A stretch of DNA of 64,000 bases, from contig JAKLEH010000001.1 in assembly GCA_022703155.1 (NCBI GenBank), forward strand, positions 16,482 to 80,481. The letters are read 5' to 3'. The DNA comes from Patescibacteria group bacterium (GTDB lineage Bacteria > Patescibacteriota > Patescibacteriia > 2-12-FULL-60-25). Both the position numbers and the translations under genes were made by a program. The notes under the pieces were generated by a model. It had not been told where the DNA came from and did not search any database. It saw only the letters and a program-made list of their open reading frames with translations. Positions 1-12,000 of the stretch are shown piece by piece (the first letter of the stretch is position 1; every line of letters begins with the position of its first letter).

Positions 1-3000
1 GCCGCTACCATGGGCGGCCGCGGACGATACCAGCTGATGTATTCGCCGTTGCTCAGATTGGTGTTGCCGCTGGAAATGTATCCGAACGCGTCCAAACCTC
101 CGGAAACGTCGGTGGCCGTGGGCGCCCAAGCCGGCTGCGGCGACTGTTCGCTTAAGACCGAAATATTGTTGACCGAAACCGGATTGGTCAGATCGTAGGA
201 CACCAAACAATGGTCACGACCGTCCTTGCACACGTCGTTGCGTGACATGTAACCAGGCGAATGAGTGCAAGCATTGTTGTCTTGGTCGGGATCTATGGTC
301 TCAGCGTTGCCGTAGGCTTGGTAACATTCGGGAATCGCGTCCACGCCCGGTTTGAGTTTATCCAGCTCGTTAATGTAAATCTGTGTCACGCCGTAACTCA
401 TCGGCATATCGATTTTATTGCCTTGAGCGTCCTTGCCCTTGACCGTTAGCGCCTTATTAGACTTGTCGACGACATTCTTGCCCACATAATAAGACATCGC
501 ATTCTTATAATCATCGCCCGGATAGGTCGCGGGTTTGCAGTACTGCCAATCTGGTCGCGTGTCGCCCTCGTCGAAGTTATCCGGGTTGTCAGAAGGTTGC
601 ATGCGCGGGTTGCACTGGCCTTCGCCTTCCACGATTTGGCCGTCCAAAGAACCGCCGACGCAACGGCACGGGGAGCGCGACACCTTCATGTTCGGATCCG
701 ACGGCCCCGGCAACTCCATGCTGCCGCCCGTACCATCAGATGCGATGTACGCAGGTATCCATTCGTAATTGTCCGGACTGATCAAACCTTTTTCACCGTA
801 ATATTCATCATGCGCGGTATTCCACTTATCCCACAATTCATCCAACGGAACCCAAGGGCTCATGAATCTATACACTTGTTCGTCCTTGACGGTCGGCGAA
901 CTGCTGAAAGCCCATTTTTCATCGTACATTCTGACGTTGGCGAGTTTACCCGTAACCGTATCGCTATCCGTGCCTCCGACCGGCGGTTCGCAATGGCCCG
1001 GCACGAAAACCTCGTATGGGCGCGTCCCTACGTTTTGCGAACGGTTCGTATCCTGATTCGGCGAAGCGACCTGCATAGCACCGGGGTAAAGCTTCAACCT
1101 CTCGTCCTTGGGATCCAAGAAAACGCCCCAACCAGTTTTGTCGAAGAATTCATCCCTCATTCCAAACCTATATGCCTTGTAGAAAGCCTTGAAATCTTCA
1201 AACGTGGCATAGTTTTTAGCTTGTATGGCCTTCAAGAATTCGTCAGTCGCGGCATACAGAGCCTCGGGCACGCCATAACCCTTCCAGTAATTGCTGTATT
1301 GCACAAAGCCCCAAGGCCAATACTGACCCTTCAGATACTGATAACCGCCACTACTCAATTGCCCCAAAGGCGGATAATCGCCGCCTAAAGCCAACGGGAA
1401 AATGGCTTGGCTGTATAAGGTAGGCGCCCATGGGAATGCCTCGTTGCCCTTGACCTGACCGTTATAGTAAAACGGCGTGCCATAGAGCATTCCTTCCATG
1501 TTGACGTAACCCTTCGACAAGTCTTGAAGAAGGTAGAGATACTTGTTCGCTTGCTGATACACCGTCCATCCGTCGTAACCACTTATTGCGAAGGCATGAG
1601 AGAAAGGCATCCGCGTAAACATTTCGCCGGTCAAATCCAAAGTTTCACCCATCGACCATTGTACGCCAACTTTATAAGACACTGCGCCGCTCCATTGAAG
1701 CAACTTGCCTTTCGCCCACTGTATGTAACTGTCCGCATAACCCACATCGCCATCTCCGCTTTTGTTCCAAAACCAGATACGGGCACCTAAAGACTGCAGG
1801 GTGCGCATGAGCGGATTTATTGCAAACGGAGCTACGGCCGCCATGCGCATCATCTTTTTACCCTTAGTGGAATCGTTTGAATTATTGGTCAAATTCTCTT
1901 TGTTCTTGATTCGATTTTCTCCCACGATCTTATCGAAATTATACGCGTAAGTATTGGGGAATTGGTACGCCACCGAATTGCAGGTCTGCAGGCAATACAT
2001 AAGCGCAATCAGGTGGGCTTTTTTAATGGCGTAAGCCATGTCATTATCGTCATTTGGATCCTCATTGTCCCCATCGTCATCCTTAACGAGATAATCCGCA
2101 TTATATCCGTGCTGAGCCAACGTCCTGCATATCCTGTAATAGGGTTTTATCGGGCAAAGGTATTCGCCCACCGTGCTGGGGTAAACCGGCGGATAATCCT
2201 TTGGACTGTCGAGTGTTTGCAGGATGCCATTGTTGTCGTCGTCGTGTTTCGGCTCACCAAAACCGCATTCTTTACACTCAAACTCGGTCCCATCCCCGCA
2301 ATCCGAAGCGTCGCATTGCTTAAGCACCCCAAATTTTTGCGCTTCGTTAAAATGCCACACCTTATCGTATGCAGATGTGTCCCCCCCCTTTGTAACGTCG
2401 TCACCGCCCCTGTAATTCACATCCACAAAACCCGCGTCATGACCGGCGACCGACAACACGCTGGCTTTAGAGTACTCCTCCGGCACTTCGGTCATGGCTC
2501 CGCCGTTTCCGTCGTCGAACAACGGCGTGGGCAGGTTACGGTCTTTCAACTTGACCTCGGAAAACGCGGGTTTTGCTCCGTTGAATAGGTCCAGATTGGA
2601 TACGATGAAATTGGGTTCGGCCGAACCGAATCTGGTGCCTACCCCCTTGCCCTTGTCGAATGCCCCCCAATATTCATATTCGGTGAAGCGACAATCCGAA
2701 TCCGTCTTGCAGCGTGACAAGGGATTGAAACCGAAACAATAACCCGTATCTTTAAAGCCTTCCTGAAAACGGTAAGGATCGAGTTCCTGATAGGTTTCCC
2801 TTCCCGTACCGCCTATGGTGCAAAATCCGCAACTGGGCACGCTATACCACACGCTTTGGCCGGTTTGCATGTTTGGCTTCGCCACCTGACGGTTGAAGGC
2901 TGGATTGTCGTATTTGTCTCCTGGCGTAATACCGCCCGTGCACGCTTCAATCTTGATAGGGCAATCCACGGATTCATCCGACTCGCCACCGCACCGAGCG

Positions 3001-6000
3001 CCAGGATTGACTACGGGTTTGCCCTGGGTGTCTTGGCAACGGAAAATCGCGGATTGTTCGACCAAACCCCTATTGAAAGGTCCAAAATTGAACGTGCCTT
3101 TGATTGGGGATTTGACGGCGTTCGGAATTTTAACATTACCTTCCGGCAAAATGATGCATTCGTTGTTGTTGGCCAGAGAATATGGAGTGCCGTTACCCTT
3201 AAATCCACCATATTGCCCCCAATAACGTCTTACCCCCTTAATGACCTGACTGCTTATCTTTACGTTTTTATTAGCCAATTCTGGAAAATCCGAAACAAGA
3301 TAGGCGTTTATCCAACTGGCTTTGTCACTCATGGGTTCGAAATTCCTGATGAAATCCGTAAAGCTAAAATCCTTTCCGCCTTCGCTGGCAGTGTTGCATA
3401 TGCCGCCGGACCCGTCTTGGCCGCCAGCTTGGACCGAGCCCCATTTGAGTGCCATGTACACCAAAGCCAAAACGGTCTGATCCTGTCTAATATAGCCGTT
3501 TGAGTCAAGATCAAAATTCAAACCATCCCGCTTTGGCTGGATGAACAAGGTATTGGGATTATTCTTGCATGCGGTGTATTTGAAATAGATACGAGGTCCA
3601 TTGTCCTGCCAGTCGTCTTCCGTCGTATAAACGCAATCGCTTAAGTGTTGGCTTGCGTTCGGTCCTGGATTATGACCTCCGGTTGACAAATCCGTCCGGA
3701 TCTGTTCAATCAACGGACTGCACAAGTCCTGGTAGTCAGAGCCTTGATTGGATTCGGAAACGCAGCTTCCAGTCAAGCCAATGTTGGCTGCGGAATTATT
3801 GGCACTGAACAACGTCAAGTAACATGCGTGGCTATTCGCGTAAGTTGTTTTGCAGACGCCCAAACCGCTCAAATCGGAAGGTGTCAAATAATAGTCCAAT
3901 TGCATTTCCGGCGAACACCGGCCATAAAGCGGCAAGGGAATGTGGGTTTTAAGTTTGGGATCGGTCTGTTGGTCTTCGGTATCGAACGGATAGGCCACTG
4001 GCCCATTATGGCAAATCGCGTCCAGATTCCTGGGCTGTTCCATCTCACCGCACCGCAAACCGCGGTTTACGCCCGAGAGCGTATTGCATCGCCAATTCTG
4101 ATTTTTGACGTCAACATCCAAATTGGGATCGCATTTGGCATAACCGGTACAAGTTTTTATAGCCTGATAATGATTGGTATATTGTTTGCCATCCGGCGGC
4201 GTGCAATTCTTGCCTTGGTTGTCTCCTCCAACGCACACCCAATCCAATTTATTAACCAAACTCGATTCCCAACGGTATATTTTATACACTTTCGCGAACA
4301 GATTGGTGAGCGGAGCCCAAGTGTTCTGCTGGGTCATGAGCAAAGGTTGGATTCCTTGTCCGGAATCCACAAAACCCGTACCGCCTTTTTGCGTGGAGAG
4401 CGGAACCGAAGCGCCCAAAACCATGGGGTCGTGTCCGATGCTGCCCGCGGCTATGGCCGAACCGAATGGCTGGTTGCGGACTCCGTAATCCATACCCAAA
4501 ATTGGCAACGCGAAGTTGCCGTTTGACCAAACGCGGTCCGCGAACGCCGCGCTCTCGCGCGTGTAGGGCGAGACAACCTGGCCAACTTGGCGGCACACGT
4601 CGGCCGTCACGATGTCCAATTGCATGTACAGCAAACCTGGATCCGTGGCCAAACCGTTTTGCGGCAAACACGTGGTGAACCAAAAACCCACGAACTGCCA
4701 GGGGCCTTTAAGCTGACGCGTAACGGCATCCTCCTCACTTAAATTATTTTCCGCGCGGTTCATGTTTTGGAACATGGCCCGGATGGCGAAATACGGCTTG
4801 TCCGATTGGCATTGCTTGGCCAAGGAATTACGACCTTTTACTTGCTTCCAGAAATTGAAATTCGTTTGACTGTCCGGGTTGGCCTGCTTGTATCTGTCGG
4901 CCCACACGAAAGCTTCCTGGCTGTTGTATTGAAAGCCGGTTTGCCAATATTTGAAATAACAATTTTGGCCAGAACCAACTTGCGGCTTTTCTTCCGGATT
5001 GTCCACGCAACCCAATCTAATGGGCTTGTTCTGCGAATCCGTCAACAAATTTTCGCTGCTTCGGTCCAACACTCCGGGGAAGGAATTTTTGAAACCGGTA
5101 TAGAAACCTTCTGACAACGAATTGATGCTGGAAAGGTAGGCTTGGCAGGTTGAGCCCAAATCCTGCTTGTCGGTTTCCTGATCGTTGCCATTCGCATCTT
5201 TCACTGTTTTCTTTTTATCTTGAACCGTAGGCAGAGACATGCCCAACCAAGCCACATTCCACTTGCAGGCCGAGCCGGCGGCATAAGGTTTGATGGAAAA
5301 TTTGAATAAACCGAACTTAAAATCGTACGAATCCTCATCGAGCTTATATCCCAAACCCGGGTTCCCTTTTTCGTCCTGTCGAATATATGGGATAAAATAT
5401 TCCATGTACGACTGACCGAATGTGCTGCCCGTTTGGATCCAACGCGCTTCGGTTTGGCTGTACAGATTTGCGTCCAATGGCCCACCGGAATCGAAAAGTT
5501 TAGCGGAAACGCCTTCGCAGATTGACGTACGACGACAAGCAAACATCATGCTTTGCGTTTTCGCGCCTACAATTTTATCCCCTTCCGAACTGTATGCCGA
5601 TGAATTGAGGATATCCGATGGGGCACGTTGGCTGAAACCGACAAAAGTGCGATCGAACTCGAAATGCCTCAAATAACCGGGCGACACGAAAAATTTGCCC
5701 AAATAATTTTGTCCTGAATTATTTTCCGTGGCTGGCGTAGGCGTAAACAACCTTTGCGAATTGGCGCCGGTCACGCAATAGAATTCGCCCGAACCTTGCG
5801 GCGGCAAATAACCGGCCGTTGGCGAATAATGCGTGGTGTCGTATTTGCCGCCCAAGACGTTAAGCGGGCTCCAGCTCAAACACGGCGCGATGGTCTGCGA
5901 AATTTCGCTGATGCGCGTTTTGTCGCGCTCCAAGCAATAGCCATAACGCCCATTCTGCACCACCACGTCCTGTAGCGCCATGCAAATGCCGCCTTTGCAG

Positions 6001-9000
6001 CCAGCGGTCGGATCGGTTGTGCCTTGGGCTTGAACCAAAACTTTGTTTTTTGAATCAACTGGAATGTAACCGCCGGGCACGCACGGCGAACCTTCGATTT
6101 CTCCGCCCACGCACACGCCTACGGACGGCGCCTTGCCGAACGCCGAATAATAACGCGGTTCACTGGCGTCATACCGCGCTTTGCGGTACGAACACGAACA
6201 ATCTTCGCCGTACACGCACGCCTTGGCGTTTTCGTAACCCGGTGCCATGGCCGTGGGCACGGGCGGTTCCACTTTGGTGTTCCACTCGGTCACGAACTCG
6301 TTGGGCACGGGCGAATCCTGTTCCGGATACAGCTGGCATTCGGGTTCGGGCATGGCGCTTTGCATGGTGGAGTTGCGCCGCGACACGTTTTGGTTTTGGA
6401 ATTCCTTGTACAACCGCTGGATGTCGCGCGAGGTATCGCCGCCGCCCGCGCCGCCCGCGGAGGCCGCCAACGATGCGGCTTCGGAAATGGGCAAATAACA
6501 GAACTTCCAATCTCCAGTCAGGTAGCCCCACCGGTTGGTGCGCCAATCCTTACACAACTTGACCGCGTCGAAAGTCGGGTCGTTTTCTTGGGTGACCAAC
6601 GGGCTCTTTACCGGCACCCGCGCCACCAAACGCTTATCCTGTTTATATACTCCGTTGTAGGCGTTCTTGAGCAAATCCGCACCTACGTTATGCGCTTCCA
6701 CGTCCGCCACTAAATAGGCGTCCGGCGCAATCAAACCCGAATAATCCATGGCCCCAAAGCCCACGCTGCGTCGGCTGTAGCTCTTTGCGTTGACGAACTG
6801 CCCGGGGAACAGGAAATTTTCCTTATCGCGATCCGTGAACTGGGCGCAATAAATGTCTTCGTTCTTGGAACCGTTCTTTTGGCACAATTGCATCTGCGAA
6901 CATTGCGTCACATATTTTTGTTGGGCCGAATCGAATACGGTCTCGCCCGTGCGGCAGCCCATCCAACGCGCGCACTCGCGCTCCAATTTGACTTTGACGA
7001 TGAGGTTCGCGTCGTTGCTGAACCGCTCTTTGTAGCACGTGCCGACCATTTGTCCGGGCGACGCGTCCGGATTGATGCCGTCCATTACGATCATCGCGCA
7101 ATTATCGTCTGACGCGCAAGACGAACCTTCCAAGCCGGAATCGGCGAGTTGCTTCTCCCACAAAACGTCGAAATGGCCGATCACGAGGGTTTTGTATATA
7201 ATGTCGCTCTCGCCTGGTTTTTGCGGACGGTATTTTTTTACGAAGTTCACGCACTTGCCCGACCCCATGCAGTACGGATTTTCCTTATCCGTGTCGCAAT
7301 TTATCGGACTTTGGGCCGCGCCTTTTTGCGCCACGACCTTTGAATAGGTGGCTTTGGACGACGCTTCGAGCGTGGATACGTTCTTGTTGTTGAACAGTAC
7401 GCAACCGGAGAGCGGGTCCACGGAACCGCCGCAGGTTTGGGTGTCGATTTGGTTGCTGTAGATCATGAAGTACGACCGGCCCGTGGGCATGGCGGGATCC
7501 GATAAATCATTGGGATCCACCAATTCCGTACATTCGCTCTGGTCGGCCGGGCACGCGCCCACCCAACCCGCGTACTGGTCCTCGCCCGTGTAATACGCGC
7601 CGTACGTATCGCCGTTCTTTTGGAAGCCCGGGTAACACGGGATGTCCGTACCTTTGCGGAACCAGCCGTTGTACGTGCCGTCCGACGGTATGCCCATGGC
7701 GTCGTTACGCTTCAGATCCTTGCCCGTCTGCCATTCGCACATGTGGTTTCCCGGGTCACGGAAGTACTCGGTCACGTTGCCGCTTTGGAAACGGTCGCAG
7801 AACAGCTCGTCCTTGCGGCAGGCCAATTTGGGGTTGCCGTTGTCGTCCATATACGCTCCCCAATCGTCCTTCATGAGCACGGTCTTGAACTGGTTGACGG
7901 TCTTTTGGTTGGCGTAAACGTCCGCGTCTTTTGGATTCACGGCATTGGTGGTGGTGGCCAAACCCAACCTGTCTTGCGCGAAAGCGGGTTGCCCGAAAGC
8001 GCGGCACATGGCTTGGCCGCTGTCGCAGCGTCCGCGGTCGTCGTCGATGGCGTAATAGTAACGGTACGCTTGGCTCACCACGTTCCAATCGCCCAAATAC
8101 TGCTCTTCGTAGGCGCGGGCGATGCCGTCCTGGCGCGTTGACGGGCCTTTGGTGCCCTTGACCGTGATGGTCTGCGGATAGGCGCTGGGCCGGTCATGCG
8201 TGTCGACGAAGGCTTTGCAACCGATGGCGTCCGTATTGCACAAATTGCCGAAATTACGCACATACACCGTATTGGAATCGCGGTCGTTATAGGCACGGCA
8301 ACCCACCATGGCGCGCGCTTGGGGTTCGCCTTCGGGGTACGTGGAATCGCACGCCACGGGAACGCTCCACAAGCCTTTGCGCACGAATTGGATGTCGTTC
8401 AATTGGTCCACGCGCAATGTGTCCAGATAGATGGCTTTACTGTTGGCCGGGGCGGTCCATTGCACCGAAGCCACGGCGCCCGTGAATCCGCATTTGCCGT
8501 TGGCCGTGCCCACCACCGTGGTGCCGTCAGAATCGTAAACCGGACGGTTTTGGCAAACCGTGTTGTCCGTACACGTGGCCGGTACGGCAGCCAAGTTATT
8601 GGTGATGAAGCCGTTATTCCACAAACTGGTCGCCTGCGTGGCGGCCAAAGCCGCTGCGTCCGCATCGCTTAATGTCGCGTTGGCGGCTTTGACTTTGGCC
8701 ACATAGCCGGCGTCGGGCGTGACCGTGAAATTGCCACAGGACTTTTGCACCTGTTGCGTGCCCTGCGTGGCCGCGCCTTTGGCGTAGAACGGGCCGAATT
8801 CGTAACGCTTCCACAACGGACTCAGGGAGAATTGACCCAAAGTCTGGCCGTCGACCACCACCGTGGCCGTGGTATTGGACGCGGCTTTGGCCCAGAAGGA
8901 CACGCGGTACAAGGTGCTGGTGCTGGGCAAAGCCAAAGCCATGTACGCGTTGATGGGGCCGGTGGCCGGCGTAGGTTCAAGCTTCATGGACTTGTCGCCC

Positions 9001-12000
9001 ACGATCACGGATTCTTTGGACAACGAAAACTTCATGGTTCCGGCCGTCACCGGGCTGAACCAACCAATGCTCGAACTGGCCGTGAACGCTTCGTTCATCA
9101 CATTGGCGGCGTTGCGGCCCGTGGGGCCCATGTAAGCGCGGCAACCGCCGGCTTCGGCCTTGCACGAGGCGCTCAAACCGGGCATGGCGTCGTACATGCA
9201 GGATTTGGTTTGGGGCACGAATTCCGTACCGCCCGTTTTGGCGCAGTCGGCCTGCGATGAATCGTCTTTGCGGAACCGCGTACACGAAACGTCAGAAGTC
9301 ACGGTCTGGGAATAATAACGGTAATAGGCCGTGCCGCGTTCGTCATAGAACTGGCGGCAATCCTGGTCCGCCCCGCTCTTCCACAACGCTTCGTCGCAAG
9401 TCGCGGGGTCTTTGATGATGCCGAGCTTGCCGCCGGTCAACACAACCTTGGGGCCGTTGCCCACGTCTTCGCGGATCAAGGCCCAAGTAACGAGTTGGTA
9501 ACCCGTGATGTCCGAACCTTCCCAAGTATAATAGGTGGTGGATTTGTCGTTGGGTTTTTGGCAATAGCGCAGGTCGTTGAAATACGAGACCTGTTCGCCC
9601 GTGCCCGTAGCCGACTCCATGCTGGTGAAGGCTTCGCAACCTACGTCTTCCATGTAGCAGGATTGGGCCAAATCCGGAATGAAGTATTCGGTGCTTTGGT
9701 CCTCTGGGTCGTCCAAACGCGGGTCCGCGTTGCGCACCAAATCGAAGGACGAGGCCATCTTTTCGTATTTGCCGTAACCCGCGCAGATGGCCGGGCACAA
9801 ATCCTTCTCCGAAAGCGTGGCCGGGATTTCCGGGGCCGAGGAATCCTCTACGTCTTTGTAACCTTGGCAACCCACGTCCAACTGGCGACAGACGCGAGCG
9901 AACCGCTTGCAGGCCGGATTGTCGGTCGCATCGTTACCCGTACATTTGTATTCGTCGGGCGCGATTTTGAGATATGTAGATTCCAAATCTTGGGCGGTCC
10001 CGTCCACGAATTGCGTGGAATACTCGCCTTCCTCCAATTGGACCGTGTCGTAAACCACCGGATTGTTGGTCGCTCCGCCCAAATCCAACATGACGAATTC
10101 CGCGTCCGGCGGGGTCACGAATTGGCAGATGAACGGGGAGAACTCGGGCGTGATTTTGATCGTGAACTTTAGGCTGTCGTCGTTCTTGTCCCAACCGTTG
10201 AGGCAGCCTTCGTATGAAGTGATCGTGTGGTCCGCATGGGTCAACAAAACGCCCGCGGGATTGGCCGGGTCCTTCTTGAAGAACTGCAATTTGACCGGCA
10301 CGTTGATGTCGGATTTGGATTTGGCGTCCAGAGTCAGCGTATAATTCCTGCCTCCGCCCACCTCGATGCGCTGGCCGTAGATTTCCGGCGGATTTCCCGG
10401 ACAGCCTGTCTGTGACGCCACAAACGACTGCAAACCGTCGACCGAGGTCGAGGTCACGTGCTTGTCGTAGTTGTACTGCAAGCCGCAATTCACTTGGCTC
10501 GTCCATCCGGTCAACCCCACGTTATTGGTCACGCCATTAGCTTCCTCCGTATCGATCAATTCGAAGGAACCGTTTTGCACCAAATTCAATGCCGTTTGTC
10601 CGGGGTTGAACTTGAGCATCTTGGTACAGCCTTCGGACGAACACGTTTGGATGTTCTTGTCCCAATACACGCGCGGACCGGACGTAACCGTGCCTACCCA
10701 TAAACCGTCCGGGGATTTGGTGCTGGTCACGTAACGTTGCGTGGCGAACCACTGGCAACCGACGTTCTCGTCCGCGCAATTGCCGCGTTCGGCCGTATAA
10801 CGCAAAGCCGAAAGTTGATCGCCATTTGATTTGGTCCAAGTGCGGCACGAGGCGTATTGGGATTCGCATTCGCGGGCCGTAAAACGGTAGACAGGACGTT
10901 CGGCCAAACAATATCCGAACCCGCCCGTGCATTCGCCTTTTTGGTTGGTCGAAAGGCAGCTGACCATGTCGCCGCACTCCTCCATGCGCGTGCCCAGTTC
11001 GGATGAAATGGCATCGCCATAACCCCTGGACCGGCATTGGAACTTGGGCGCGGTCAAAATCCAATTGGGATCGATCAGATGGCACCACGGGTGGTCCTTG
11101 TCTAGCTGGCCTTGGTCGTTGCAATTGTAGAAACCTCGGATAACGTCGCCTAACGTCACGTATTTGCCGTCTTTCTTGACGTTGTACGGAGAATTGGCCG
11201 CCATTTCCCAACCGACGGGCAAAATACGGGCTAAACGCATTTTCTTAAGGTTGCCGGCGCAGTAAGCCCGCGTATAACACGAGGGGTCGGTATTATTCTT
11301 GATGTCGTTTTCGGGTATAAGCTCCCATTCTGGATGCAAACCTTTAGCCGCTGGGCTAATTTTGGCGCTTTCGCTACCGATGCCAGACGCTTTGCCTACG
11401 GTCATGGCTCCTTCTTCGTTCAAACTCAGCGCCGTTACCAAACCCTCGTCCATGGCGCAATTCCAGCGCGTACGCGGCTCCGAACACTCGGACAATGCCG
11501 ACACCAAATCCTGTTCTTCGGTCACGCCAAAATTAGGTATCACGAAATCTCCCAAAGACTTGGCGAAATCCTGACGCTCGAATAGGTTTTGCGCATCCCC
11601 GGCCGCGTCCGCATTCTTCATGACCTCAAATTGAACTTCCGCTTGCCCCGGCGACGGTGCGACACCGACGCCGCTGGGTTTTTTGGGATCGAAAATCTTA
11701 TGCAAAATGCCCAAAGCCATGGTGTTCAAGAAAACCTTGAGCGAAATCCAACCCAATGCCTCAACGCCCGCCTGCCAAAACGTCTGCATCATGTAGGACT
11801 CCTGCTTGTCTTGTTGTTTTTGCGCCATCATGACCGGGTCCAGCTGCATCATGGAATTGTTGGCCAAAACGCTCGGATATTGCAGGGCGCCCGTAATCTT
11901 GTCCGCGATGGGCTTCATGCCTGCGGACTCTTTGCGCGCCAATTCGGCACCCGAAACCCGACCCGTACGATAATTTAAGTACGAGCTGTTGATTTGCAGG

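Noticed and set aside
597-11978. About 60 short ORFs on both strands listed for 1-12.8 kb (for example 597..1388 +, 3744..4526 +, 9495..10172 +, 10537..11211 -)
   Set aside because: All are in frames other than the single open minus frame. They overlap each other and have R/G/H/V/P-rich composition. One giant ORF explains the whole region better.
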